DNA of 64,000 nt from an uncultured Pelagibacteraceae bacterium (GTDB taxonomy: Bacteria > Pseudomonadota > Alphaproteobacteria > Pelagibacterales > Pelagibacteraceae), in contig CABYGR010000001.1 in NCBI GenBank assembly GCA_902518595.1, positions 2,704 to 66,703 of the forward strand. Direction: 5' to 3'. Below, in pieces: positions 9,132-19,405 of the stretch (position 1 is its first letter; each line of letters opens with the position of its first letter). A program made the translations under genes and the position numbers. Below the pieces are notes generated by a model, which was not told the origin of the DNA, did no database searches, and worked only from the letters and a program-made list of their open reading frames with translations.

Positions 9132-9631
9132 CAAATTTGATTATAAAACCAAAACCAATTACTAAAGAAAATTTCAATAAATTTGGTGACATGATAACAA
9201 CGGCCAACATCAAGCCACTCGAAATTAATAATGGATATGCAAAAAGATATGATGGTATTGTAAAACTTGATACAAAAAAAGATAATGGAGAATCTACAAT
9301 TTGTATTTTTTCTGCTTTAAAAAGATCTTTTCCTATGAAAGTCGATATGATGGAAAAACATCCGCTAGGTAGTCAGGCCTTTATACCTATGAAAGAAACT
9401 ATATTTTTGTCATTTGTAGCACCTGAGGGAAACAAACCTGATTTAACAAAAGTAGAGGCATTTATAATTCCAAAAGGAATAGGAGTTAATTATAATCCTG
9501 GAGTTTGGCACTTTCCTTTAATATCAACAGAAAATATGAATTTTTTAGTCATAGATAGAAAAGGAGAGGGCGACAATCTCATAATTCACGATCTACAAAA
9601 AGAAAATGTCACTATCGACTTTCAAATTTAA
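9128..9631 (+). CDS. allA: Ureidoglycolate lyase
   Basis: MEKHPLGSQAFIP and GVNYNPGVWHFP motifs. Confidence 0.93.
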   Translation: MTNLIIKPKPITKENFNKFGDMITTANIKPLEINNGYAKRYDGIVKLDTKKDNGESTICIFSALKRSFPMKVDMMEKHPLGSQAFIPMKETIFLSFVAPEGNKPDLTKVEAFIIPKGIGVNYNPGVWHFPLISTENMNFLVIDRKGEGDNLIIHDLQKENVTIDFQI

Positions 9632-10527
9632 TGAGTGACATTACTATTCTTGGAATATTTGTAGCAGACATTAGTTTCTCCGGAGATAAAATTCCAATAG
9701 AAGGTGAAACTATTCTTGGGGACAGTTATAATGTTGGACCAGGTGGAAAAGGATGTAATCAAGCAATTGCAATTTCAAGATTAGGAGGAAAGGTTAATTT
9801 TATTTCTAAAATAGGCAATGATGAATATGGCAAACTTGCAATTAATAATTTTAAAAAAGATAACATAGATATATCTAATATCATTATTTCAAAAAAACAT
9901 AAAACTGGTGTTGCTGGAATTCATATTGATAGAAATACAGGAAAAAATGCAATAACTGTTGTTAGAGGAGCACCTGCAAGTTTAACTAGAGAAGAAATTG
10001 ATACCAATAAAATTAAACAATCAAAAATATTTTTAACACAATTAGAGGTGCCATTAGACGTAACTTTATATTGTTTGAAAGCAGCTAAAGAAAATGGATT
10101 AATCAATATTTTAAATCCAGCCCCAGCATGTAAATTAAGCAATGAATTTTTCAAATTGGTTGATTATTTCACTCCAAACGAGACTGAGGCAGAGTATTAT
10201 ACTGGTATAAAAATAATTAATGAAACTGATGCAAAAAAAAGTGCATTAAAACTCATTAAAATGGGTATTAAAAATGTAATAATAACATTGGGAGAAAAAG
10301 GATTATTTTTTTCTAATGGTATAGAAAATATCTATATTAAATCAATACAAGTTAAAGCAATAGATACAACTGGTGCAGGTGATGCTTTTAATGGAGGTTT
10401 TACACTGGCCCTACTTAAAGGAAAAAAAATTAAAGAGTGTTTAGAATTTGCTAATAGAGTTGCCGGACTATCAACTACCAAATTAGGTGCGGGAGACTCT
10501 ATGCCTACCTTGAATGAACTAAATTAA
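9631..10527 (+). CDS. rbsK: Ribokinase (PfkB family)
   Basis: GGKGCNQAIA, NPAPA, PNETEA, DTTGAGDAF. Confidence 0.88.
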   Translation: MSDITILGIFVADISFSGDKIPIEGETILGDSYNVGPGGKGCNQAIAISRLGGKVNFISKIGNDEYGKLAINNFKKDNIDISNIIISKKHKTGVAGIHIDRNTGKNAITVVRGAPASLTREEIDTNKIKQSKIFLTQLEVPLDVTLYCLKAAKENGLINILNPAPACKLSNEFFKLVDYFTPNETEAEYYTGIKIINETDAKKSALKLIKMGIKNVIITLGEKGLFFSNGIENIYIKSIQVKAIDTTGAGDAFNGGFTLALLKGKKIKECLEFANRVAGLSTTKLGAGDSMPTLNELN

Positions 10528-10535
10528 AAATAAAA

Positions 10536-10567
10536 AAAAGCCCATCAATCAAAATTGATGGGCTTTT
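10536..10567. terminator. Bidirectional terminator between convergent rbsK and NCS1 genes
   Basis: AAAAGCCCATCAAT-CAAA-ATTGATGGGCTTTT perfect inverted repeat with A/T tails. Confidence 0.9.
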
Positions 10568-10579
10568 AATAAAGTTTAA

Positions 10580-12031
10580 TTATTTTTTAGATGATATTGC
10601 TAAGTGAATTACAGCACCTAAAGATGCTCCAATTATCCAAGCATATCCTCCTCCACCTCCTAGATTAGCGAAGAAATCATCCATTCCTAAGAATAAGATA
10701 TTTGGCCATACTGTACCAACAGCAATGTAACCTGATAACACCCAAGCTAACATACCTTTGCCATTGAAACCACCATTGTAGTGATACTTACCATTAGGTG
10801 AGTCACTAAATAAGTCGTCAACATCTAATCTTTGTTTTTTGATTATATAGTAGTCAGTAATCATTATACCAAACACTGGAGCTAAAATTGCGCCTAAAGT
10901 GTTCACAAATGGAAACATTCCCATTTGAGTAATTACCGCAACCCACATACCACCAATTACAAAACCAAAAGCAGCAGTTATTAAACCACCAATTCTGAAA
11001 TTAATTTTGCTTGGCATCAAGTTTGCAAGGTCATAAGCAGGAGGTATAAAGTTAGCAACCATATTAATACCAACTGTTGCTGCAAAAAACGCAAATGCTG
11101 CAACTACAGTTAATACAATATTGTCTACTTTAGCTACCATATCTGTTGGGCTTGCTACATATTCACCAAAAATAGCAATCGTTCCACCAGTAATCATTAA
11201 AGTAATAAATGAGAAGAAAACAACGTTACCTACAAGTCCCCATAAGTTACCTTTTTTCATTTCATCTTCATTTTTAACAAATCTAGCGAAGTCACCAAAG
11301 TTAATTACTACAGCAGCAAAGTATCCTACCATAATTGAAAATACTGCTAAGAAAGCTCCAAATGAACCTAGACCTTCAAATCCACCTGATCTTGCTCCTC
11401 CAGAAAATATTTCACCAACTTCTGATAAAAGACTTCCACCAGCTTTGAACCAAATTACTATCATTAGTAAAACCATCACTACATAAACAGCAGGTCCCGC
11501 AAAGTTTAAAAATCTTCTTACAAGATCTATTCCTTGCCAGAATAAGTAAACTTGGAATCCTGACACAAATATAAATGATACCCACATTACTCCTGTCATT
11601 CCTAAAAACATTTCAGTTCCAGGATTGCCAGTAATAGCTGTAATTAGAAGTGCCACAGCAGTTGATGCTGCATAAGTTTGTGCTCCATACCAGAACATTG
11701 CCACAAGTCCTCTAGCCATTGCAGGAAAGTTTGCACCAAAAACACCCATACTTACTCGAGCGAATACTGGATAAGGAATTCCATGTTTAACACTTGGTTT
11801 TCCAGATAAATTAACTAGCCACATTATAAAAAAGCCAGCAAGTATAAGCGCTGCAAATACTGCCCAACCATTTAGTCCTGAAGCTATAAATAGTGATGCT
11901 GCCAAAGTATATCCAAATAAACTTTGAACATCATTTGCCCATACGTTAAAGATTTCGAACCATCCCCAATTTTTTTTATTAGTTGGAGTTGGAGCTAAAT
12001 CAGCATTGTAGAGCGATTTTGATCTACTCAT
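10580..12031 (-). CDS. NCS1 nucleobase:cation symporter (allantoin/purine/hydantoin permease)
   Basis: LYNADLAPT, WYGAQTY, INFGDFAR, INMVANFIPP; GGGAGA RBS before the ATG at 12031. Confidence 0.9.
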   Translation of the reverse strand: MSRSKSLYNADLAPTPTNKKNWGWFEIFNVWANDVQSLFGYTLAASLFIASGLNGWAVFAALILAGFFIMWLVNLSGKPSVKHGIPYPVFARVSMGVFGANFPAMARGLVAMFWYGAQTYAASTAVALLITAITGNPGTEMFLGMTGVMWVSFIFVSGFQVYLFWQGIDLVRRFLNFAGPAVYVVMVLLMIVIWFKAGGSLLSEVGEIFSGGARSGGFEGLGSFGAFLAVFSIMVGYFAAVVINFGDFARFVKNEDEMKKGNLWGLVGNVVFFSFITLMITGGTIAIFGEYVASPTDMVAKVDNIVLTVVAAFAFFAATVGINMVANFIPPAYDLANLMPSKINFRIGGLITAAFGFVIGGMWVAVITQMGMFPFVNTLGAILAPVFGIMITDYYIIKKQRLDVDDLFSDSPNGKYHYNGGFNGKGMLAWVLSGYIAVGTVWPNILFLGMDDFFANLGGGGGYAWIIGASLGAVIHLAISSKK

Positions 12032-12146
12032 GTTTCTCCCTGTGTTCATTCAACTAGAAGACGGTATTTTAAATAATATGTAAAGTACACTCATTTTTAC
12101 GTTCATAATGGGTTAAATTTATGCAAAAAGTATGTAAAATTTAAAA

Positions 12147-12656
12147 ATGCTAAAATTTATTTCATTTTATGTAAATATTGTAGATATCATATGTGAGAGG
12201 GTTGGTAGGTTTGTTATGTACTGGGTCTTCTTTATGATGTTTCTTTTAATTTTATCTTTTGTAACGCGAAACATAATTAATTTTCCATTAATGTGGATAA
12301 TAGAAATGGCTCAATTTACAATTACAGCTTACTATCTATTAGGTGGCGGTTATTCTATGTTATCAGATGACCACGTACGCATGGATTTGTTTTATGGAAA
12401 ACTTTCAAAAAAAGGAAAATCTAAAATGGATATTTTTACAAGTATTTTTTTAATTTTCTTCCTAAGTATTTTATTTTTTGGGTCAATAACAAGTTTAATT
12501 TATACTATTGAAACTAAACAAAAACTTTTTACAGCCTGGGCTCCGTATGTATGGCCAATTAAAAGTTTGATGTCAGCTGGAATTTTATTGATGTTGCTAC
12601 AGGCCTTTTCAACATTATTTAAAGATATTGCTAAAGTTAAGAATTTAAAAATATAG
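12147..12656 (+). CDS. TRAP transporter small permease (DctQ)
   Basis: Four TM segments; HVRMDLFY motif. Confidence 0.9.
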   Translation: MLKFISFYVNIVDIICERVGRFVMYWVFFMMFLLILSFVTRNIINFPLMWIIEMAQFTITAYYLLGGGYSMLSDDHVRMDLFYGKLSKKGKSKMDIFTSIFLIFFLSILFFGSITSLIYTIETKQKLFTAWAPYVWPIKSLMSAGILLMLLQAFSTLFKDIAKVKNLKI

Positions 12657-12658
12657 TT

Positions 12659-13996
12659 ATGTTAGCAGAATATTTAAGTTATGAATTTATTGCACTTTTT
12701 ATGTTCATAACAATGCTTGTTATGATGTTTACAGGGCAAAGAGTATTTGGAGCAATCGGATTTGTTGCGGCAGCTTCAGCACTATTAATATGGGGAGATG
12801 GTTCCATGGAAATGCCGTATACAGCAACATGGAAGCTTTTCAAATGGTATCCAATGTTAACTTTACCATTATTTATCTACATGGGTTTTATGATTTCAGA
12901 GTCGGGAATAGCAAATGATCTTTATAAGATGTTTCATGTTTTGTTTGGTGGATTGAAAGGTGGACTTGCTATTGGAACAATGTTTATGATGGTAGCTATT
13001 TCAGCAATGAATGGCTTGAGTGTTGCTGGTATGGCAATAGGAGCCACAATTGCATTGCCTGAAATGTTAAAAAGAAATTATGATAAAAGAATGATAACAG
13101 GAGTTGTCCAAGCGGGAAGCTCACTTGGAATTTTGATACCACCAAGTGTCGTAATGGTTTTGTATGGTATGATTGCACGACAACCAGTAAGTAAACTTTG
13201 GATGGCAGGAATTCTTCCTGGGTTACTAATGGCTTCATTATTTTTAATTTATATTTTTGTTAGATGTAAACTCCAACCAGAACTTGGACCACCACTAAAA
13301 AAAGAAGAAAGAAATGTAAGTACTGTTGAAAAAATTAGGTTATTAAAGGCAGGAATAATTCCTTTTGTAATATTTTTCTTTATGACAGGTTTATTTTTAA
13401 TGGGAATAGCAAGTTTAGTTGAATGCTCAGCGGTTGGAGCTTTCTTAGCAACCTTAGCTGCAATCTATAAAAAAAGATTTAATAAAAATGTTTTAGAAAA
13501 TACACTTAAAAAAACCTTGGGTGTGTCTTGTATGTTTATGTGGATTATCTTAGCTGCATTGTGTTTTGGTGCGGTATTTGATGGTTTAGGAGCAGGTAGA
13601 GCTATTGAAACATTATTTATAGAAAGATGGAATTTAACTCCCTGGGGAGTATTAATAATGATGCAGCTTTCATATATTCTTATGGGAATGTTTTTAGATG
13701 ATACAGCAATGCTTGTAATAGTTGCTCCACTGTATGTGCCTTTGATAATTTCACTGGGTTTTGATCCTATTTGGTATGGTGTTCTTTATACAATTACATG
13801 TCAAATTGCCTACATGACACCTCCTTTTGGTTATAATTTATTTTTGATGAGGGCTATGGCTCCAAAGGAGATTACTCTGCAAGACATCTATAGGTCTATA
13901 ATTCCTTTTGTTCTTATTATGGTTTTTGGCTTAGCAATAGTTATGGCTTTTCCTGAGATAGCAACCTATCTACCAGAAAAATATTTATCAAGATAA
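12659..13996 (+). CDS. TRAP transporter large permease (DctM)
   Basis: LPLFIYMG, GSSLGILIPPS, TPPFGYNLF motifs. Confidence 0.93.
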   Translation: MLAEYLSYEFIALFMFITMLVMMFTGQRVFGAIGFVAAASALLIWGDGSMEMPYTATWKLFKWYPMLTLPLFIYMGFMISESGIANDLYKMFHVLFGGLKGGLAIGTMFMMVAISAMNGLSVAGMAIGATIALPEMLKRNYDKRMITGVVQAGSSLGILIPPSVVMVLYGMIARQPVSKLWMAGILPGLLMASLFLIYIFVRCKLQPELGPPLKKEERNVSTVEKIRLLKAGIIPFVIFFFMTGLFLMGIASLVECSAVGAFLATLAAIYKKRFNKNVLENTLKKTLGVSCMFMWIILAALCFGAVFDGLGAGRAIETLFIERWNLTPWGVLIMMQLSYILMGMFLDDTAMLVIVAPLYVPLIISLGFDPIWYGVLYTITCQIAYMTPPFGYNLFLMRAMAPKEITLQDIYRSIIPFVLIMVFGLAIVMAFPEIATYLPEKYLSR

Positions 13997-14123
13997 TTAC
14001 AACTAGAAGTTTAAATTAAAATTATTTATTAATAATTTCATTTATTTTTTGTGAATTATTAAGTTTATTAAAAATTAAATTTATACTACTATTTTTTTAA
14101 TTAACTTACGCGGGAGAAACCAA

Positions 14124-15200
14124 ATGAAAAAAGATAAAAAAATAATAACGAACAAGCGACGTTCGTTTATTAAAAAAGCAGGTTTACTAACGTTAGGTGC
14201 AGCAGGAGCTACAGCTATTAAAGCGCCATATGCTTATTCTGCATCAAATCCAATCAAATGGAGATTACAGACTTACTCAGGTGCTCCACTTGGTGCACAC
14301 GTTGTAAAACCACAAATTGAAGCTTTTAATAAAGCTGCCTATGGTGAAATGGAAATTGAGCTTTATTATGCTGATCAATTAGTTCCGACTGATGAGTTGT
14401 TTAGAGCAATGCAAGCAGGTACTATTGACGCTGTACAAAGTGATGATGCTACAATGGGTTCACCAGTTGATATACAAGTATTCGGTGGATATTTTCCGTT
14501 TGCAACTAGATATAGTTTAGATGTTCCATCTTTATTTAAATATTATGGTTTAAATGAAATTTGGGATGAAGCATATAGCGAAGTAAAAGGAGTAAAATGG
14601 CTAAGCACAAGTGCTTGGGACCCATGTCACTTGTTTACAGTAAACAAAAAGATAACTTCTTTAGCTGACATGAAAGGTTTAAGAGTTTTTGGTGTACCTA
14701 CTGCTGGTAAATTCTTAGCTAAGTATGGTCTTATTCCTGTGATAGTACCATGGGATGATGTAGAGGTTGCTATGCAAACAGGTGAACTAGATGGTGTTTG
14801 CTGGTGTGGTTTCACTGAAGCTTATGAAGTGGGTTGGGCTGATATTTGTAAATATGCTCTAACTAATGCTGTAACTGGTGCATGGTTTGGATCATATTTT
14901 GCTAATCAAAAGAGTTGGGATAAATTAAGTCCTAAACTTCAAGCTCTTTATAGAATGTCAATTAATGACTCTCACTACTATAGACAAGTATGGTACTGGG
15001 GAGGAGAAGCTGACTTACGTGTTAACGGCAAAAAAATGGAGTTAACAAGTCTTCCAGATAATGAGTGGAGTAAAGTTGTTGAAGACTCTAAAGCATTCTG
15101 GGATGAAACTTCTAAGATTAGTCCAAGAGCTAAAAAAGTTGTTGATGCATTTAAGCTATATGCACAAACAATGGAAAAAGCAGGATATCCTTACAGATAA
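14124..15200 (+). CDS. TRAP substrate-binding protein with Tat signal, ethanolamine-binding type
   Basis: KRRSFIK twin-arginine signal; WRLQTY, DAVQSDD, FGGYFPFATRYSLDVP, SHYYRQVWYWGGEA resemble the Chromohalobacter Csal_0678 family as recalled; GGGAGA RBS. Confidence 0.85.
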   Translation: MKKDKKIITNKRRSFIKKAGLLTLGAAGATAIKAPYAYSASNPIKWRLQTYSGAPLGAHVVKPQIEAFNKAAYGEMEIELYYADQLVPTDELFRAMQAGTIDAVQSDDATMGSPVDIQVFGGYFPFATRYSLDVPSLFKYYGLNEIWDEAYSEVKGVKWLSTSAWDPCHLFTVNKKITSLADMKGLRVFGVPTAGKFLAKYGLIPVIVPWDDVEVAMQTGELDGVCWCGFTEAYEVGWADICKYALTNAVTGAWFGSYFANQKSWDKLSPKLQALYRMSINDSHYYRQVWYWGGEADLRVNGKKMELTSLPDNEWSKVVEDSKAFWDETSKISPRAKKVVDAFKLYAQTMEKAGYPYR

Positions 15201-15208
15201 AAATTTTT

Positions 15209-15240
15209 ATTTAGGCGCCTTCTAAAGAAGGTGCCTAAAT
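15209..15240. terminator. Terminator hairpin between convergent dctP and SDR genes
   Basis: ATTTAGGCGCCTTC-TAAA-GAAGGTGCCTAAAT. Confidence 0.85.
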
Positions 15241-15244
15241 TTAA

Positions 15245-16000
15245 TTATGGTTTAGAAGTAATACCACCATCAACAATTAATTCAGTTCCGGTAATATAAT
15301 TAGCTTGATCGCTTAATAAAAACATAGAAGCATTTGTTATATCTTCAGGTTTTCCTACTCTATGTAAAGGAATTAATTTTTCTAAGTTTTTTTTTGCTAT
15401 AGGTTTTTTTTTCCATCTAACTTGCATACCTGTCTCTATTGGGCCAGGTAAAATTGTGTTAGACCTAACATTACTTGACGCAAATTGTATTGCAAATGAT
15501 TTTGAAAGTCTAATCATCGCTGCTTTAGAAGCTCCATAAGCATCTTGCGGTTTATCATCACCAGATAAAGCATCAATAGAAGATATATGAACCATAGAAC
15601 CAAATTTATTTTTTTTCATTTTAGGAAAAATAATCTTTGATAAATACATCATCGATTTCAAATTAATTTTAAAAACTTTATCCCAAATATCTGATTTGAT
15701 ATTCACAGCAGAAACATCTTTGTTAAACCACAAAACTCCAGTAGTATTCACTAAATAGTCAATGCTTTTTTGTTTTTTATAAAATACTTCAATATATGAC
15801 TTCATTTTATTAAAATTAGTCACATCAACTTTTTTAAATTGACAGTTTGTATTTCTTTTTAAAAAATCTTTATTAGGACTTTTAAGATCTAACATAAGAA
15901 CAGAAATGTTGTTTTTTGATAATTTTTCTGAAATTGTCAAACCCATTCCACCACTTGCACCAGTAACGATAGCTGATTTTCCTTTATAACTTAGTTTCAT
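15245..16000 (-). CDS. Short-chain dehydrogenase/reductase
   Basis: TGASGGMG, YGASK, ITGTELIVDGG. Confidence 0.92.
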   Translation of the reverse strand: MKLSYKGKSAIVTGASGGMGLTISEKLSKNNISVLMLDLKSPNKDFLKRNTNCQFKKVDVTNFNKMKSYIEVFYKKQKSIDYLVNTTGVLWFNKDVSAVNIKSDIWDKVFKINLKSMMYLSKIIFPKMKKNKFGSMVHISSIDALSGDDKPQDAYGASKAAMIRLSKSFAIQFASSNVRSNTILPGPIETGMQVRWKKKPIAKKNLEKLIPLHRVGKPEDITNASMFLLSDQANYITGTELIVDGGITSKP

Positions 16001-16001
16001 T

Positions 16002-17378
16002 TTATTGTTCTTTTCTTAAGTGAAAACTCTTAGGAGCTGTTAATTTTTCATATGCTATTTCAGATAACGAACAACCTTTTCCAGTTTCTTTAACACCCGT
16101 CCAAGATAAGGCTGGATCTAAATAATCACATCTGTTCATATAAAATGTTCCTGTTTGTACTTGATTACCAATAATTTCTGCAATCTCTAAGTCTTTAGTC
16201 CAAATAGAAGCTGTTAAGCCATAAGGACTATCATTCATTAATTTTATTGCCTCATTTTCACTTTTAACTTTCATGATTCCGACACAAGGTCCAAATGTTT
16301 CTTCAGTCATAAAATCCATTTCATGATTAACATTAGTTAAAATTTGAGGCACTAAATAATTTTTATGTTCTTTAGGAAATTTAAATTTATTTTCATTGAT
16401 TATCTTTTTTGCACCTTTATTCACAGCTTTATTCATTTGTTTAACAATAAACTCAGCTGCAGATAACTTTACAACAGGACCTAAGTTCGTTTCTTTTTCA
16501 AGAGGGTTTCCAAGCTTATAATTATAAGTTTTGGACGCAAACATCTCAATAAAATTATTATATATCTTTTCATCGACATATATTCTTTCAATGCCACAAC
16601 ATGATTGTCCTGAATTAAAAAAAGAACCATCTATTAAATTTTCAACAGTTTTTTCTAAATCACAATCATATCGCGCGTAAGCTGGATCTTTACCTCCTAA
16701 TTCCAAACCCATATCAATAAATTTTGTATGAGTTGCTTTTTGAACATCGTATCCAGCTTTGACTGAACCAGTAAAAGACACAAAATTAATTCTTTTATCA
16801 GATACAACTTTTAGTCCATCTTCATGATTCAAATGAAGATAATTAAAAACATCTTTGGGCAAAGTTTTTTTTGCTGATTGATAAAGTTGTTCAGCGCATA
16901 AAGGTGTTTGTGAAGAATGCTTTAGTATAACTGTATTTCCTGCCGCCATTGCAGGAATAATTGAATTAACAGCTACAAGGTAAGGATAATTCCAAGGCGC
17001 TATTACAAAGACAATTCCTAGAGATCTTCTTTTAATATAGCTTTTGAAATTATTATTTCCAGTAACATCTATATTTGCTAATTTTTTTTCTGCAATTTTT
17101 AACATATACTCAGCTCTTTCTTTAAAACCACTTAACTCACCAGCTGCTTGAGAAATAGGTCTACCCATCTGTCTACTGAGCTCTTCTCCAATCACATCGC
17201 CTCTAGATAAAAAATCTTCAACAAAATTTTTTAAAACCTTCACTCTATCCTTTACATTTAAAGTGGCCCATTCTTTGTGAGCTTTAGTTGAATTCTCTAT
17301 AGTTTGTTCGATTTTTGCTGAGTGATATTCTCTCTCAACATAAATAGTATTATCGATTGGTGTAATAGTTTTTTGCAT
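16002..17378 (-). CDS. Aldehyde dehydrogenase
   Basis: PWNYP, FTGS, LELGGKDP, NSGQSCC, EETFGP. Confidence 0.95.
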   Translation of the reverse strand: MQKTITPIDNTIYVEREYHSAKIEQTIENSTKAHKEWATLNVKDRVKVLKNFVEDFLSRGDVIGEELSRQMGRPISQAAGELSGFKERAEYMLKIAEKKLANIDVTGNNNFKSYIKRRSLGIVFVIAPWNYPYLVAVNSIIPAMAAGNTVILKHSSQTPLCAEQLYQSAKKTLPKDVFNYLHLNHEDGLKVVSDKRINFVSFTGSVKAGYDVQKATHTKFIDMGLELGGKDPAYARYDCDLEKTVENLIDGSFFNSGQSCCGIERIYVDEKIYNNFIEMFASKTYNYKLGNPLEKETNLGPVVKLSAAEFIVKQMNKAVNKGAKKIINENKFKFPKEHKNYLVPQILTNVNHEMDFMTEETFGPCVGIMKVKSENEAIKLMNDSPYGLTASIWTKDLEIAEIIGNQVQTGTFYMNRCDYLDPALSWTGVKETGKGCSLSEIAYEKLTAPKSFHLRKEQ

Positions 17379-17446
17379 AATTTTAGTTAAAATTATTTTA
17401 GAAAATGATATACATCAACTAAATTCATAAAACACTAAATATTAAT

Positions 17447-18610
17447 ATGCAAAAATACAACTGGAATTATCCTACAACAATGTGGGTAGGAGAAAATAGA
17501 ATTAATGATATTGCTGAAGCATGCAAAACCTTAAATATTAATAAACCATTACTTGTTACAGATAAAGGTTTGGCACAATCAGACATTGTTAAAAAAACTT
17601 TATTGATTTTAAAAGAAAATGAATTTTCTGCTGAATTATATTCAAACGTAGTTGGAAACCCAACGGGTACAAATGTTAATGAAGGTGTTGACAGTTATAA
17701 AAAAAATAATTGTGATGGTGTTATTGCATTTGGTGGTGGAAGTGGTCTTGATGTTGGAAAAGCAGTTGCATTTATGTCATCTCAAACTTTACCTCTTTGG
17801 GATTTTGAAGATGTTGGAGATAATTGGACAAAAGCTAACTCAGATAAAATTGCACCAATTATTGCAGTACCAACTACAGCAGGAACTGGTTCTGAAACAG
17901 GAAGAGCATCTGTAATTTTAAATGAAAAAACAGGTATTAAAAATATTATTTTTCATCCAAAATTTTTACCTTCAATTGTAATTTTAGATCCAGTTTTAAC
18001 AGTTAGTCTACCTTCTAAAATAACTGCAGCAACTGGAATGGATGCATTAGCTCATAACTTAGAAGCTTACTGCGCGCCTGGTTATCATCCAATGGCAGAT
18101 GGTATTGCTCTAGAGGGCATGAGACTAATTAACAAATGGTTGCTTGAGGCAGTTAATAATGGATCAAATTTAGAAGCAAGAATGAATATGATTACCGCAG
18201 CAAGTATGGGCTCAACAGCTTTTCAAAAAGGTTTAGGAGCTATTCATTCTCTAAGTCACCCTGTAAATGCTCTTAATAATATTCATCACGGTTTGTCGAA
18301 TGCAATATTTATGCCATATGTATTAACTTTTAATAAGGATGTGATTGAAGATAAGATAATTAAAATTTGTGATTATTTAGAATTGAAAGATAGATCATTT
18401 GATGGATTTATTAATTGGGTGTTAGATTTAAGAAAAAAATTAAATATTCCTCATAAGTTATCAGAAGTAATTGAAGAAAAAGATTTACAATTAGATCGTT
18501 TATCGGAAATGGCGTTGAAAGATCCCTCAACTGGAGGAAATCCAAAAAAACTGACAGAGGCTGATATGAAGATAATGTATCAACATAGTATGTCAGGTAC
18601 TTTATTTTAA
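17447..18610 (+). CDS. Iron-containing alcohol dehydrogenase
   Basis: GGGSGLD, PTTAGTGSE, DALAHNLE, HSLSH, HHG. Confidence 0.95.
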   Translation: MQKYNWNYPTTMWVGENRINDIAEACKTLNINKPLLVTDKGLAQSDIVKKTLLILKENEFSAELYSNVVGNPTGTNVNEGVDSYKKNNCDGVIAFGGGSGLDVGKAVAFMSSQTLPLWDFEDVGDNWTKANSDKIAPIIAVPTTAGTGSETGRASVILNEKTGIKNIIFHPKFLPSIVILDPVLTVSLPSKITAATGMDALAHNLEAYCAPGYHPMADGIALEGMRLINKWLLEAVNNGSNLEARMNMITAASMGSTAFQKGLGAIHSLSHPVNALNNIHHGLSNAIFMPYVLTFNKDVIEDKIIKICDYLELKDRSFDGFINWVLDLRKKLNIPHKLSEVIEEKDLQLDRLSEMALKDPSTGGNPKKLTEADMKIMYQHSMSGTLF

Positions 18611-19395
18611 TGAATTTGAATATTTTAATAGTAGAAGGAAATATTAATGAAGACTCTAAGATTTTTATAAAAGCAGCAGGATCAACTGCTGCCGATAATT
18701 TAAAAAACCTTGTTTTAAAATTAGAACCTAATTCAAATATTAAAATAATTAATCCAGGTAAAGACGAAGAAACAAAAGATGCTATTCAAAATATGGATAA
18801 TTTTGATGGTATAATTTTTACAGGTGGAGCAATGAGAATAAATGATATGACTGATGAAATTAAAAAACATATTAATTTTGCATCAAACTGTTTTAAGCAT
18901 AACAAAAAAATTTTGGCAATCTGTTGGGGGTTACAGGTTTGTGTTACTTCAGCTGGGGGAAAAGTGGCGCCAGGAAAAAATGGAGCCCACATAGGAATAG
19001 CATCTAACGTCCAAATAAATAATGAAGGAAAGAAAAATTTAATTTATAAAAATAAAAAAACAAAATTTACAACACCAGCTTTTAATTTTGACGAAGTTTG
19101 TGAAATCCCAGAAAATGCGACATTGTTGGCTAGTGATAAAGTTAATAAGGTAATGGGAGTGTATTTTAAATCAGGTAACTCTGAAATATGGGGACTTCAG
19201 TATCATCCTGATTATGAATATTATCAAATGCTTAATTTATCTAATGAAAGAAAAGACAGAATGATTAATAACAAATACTTTAAAGACGAAAATGATTTTC
19301 AAAATCATATGAATTACATTAAAGATGAGGATAAAAAATTAGATTTTGAAAACAGAACTTGTGAAGTAAGAAATTGGTTAGATATTATTAAATAA
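18610..19395 (+). CDS. Class I glutamine amidotransferase-like hydrolase (possible gamma-glutamyl amide hydrolase)
   Basis: ICWGLQ nucleophile elbow; QYHPD; translationally coupled to the Fe-ADH (TAATG). Confidence 0.85.
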   Translation: MNLNILIVEGNINEDSKIFIKAAGSTAADNLKNLVLKLEPNSNIKIINPGKDEETKDAIQNMDNFDGIIFTGGAMRINDMTDEIKKHINFASNCFKHNKKILAICWGLQVCVTSAGGKVAPGKNGAHIGIASNVQINNEGKKNLIYKNKKTKFTTPAFNFDEVCEIPENATLLASDKVNKVMGVYFKSGNSEIWGLQYHPDYEYYQMLNLSNERKDRMINNKYFKDENDFQNHMNYIKDEDKKLDFENRTCEVRNWLDIIK

Positions 19396-19405
19396 ATTTA
19401 ATTTT

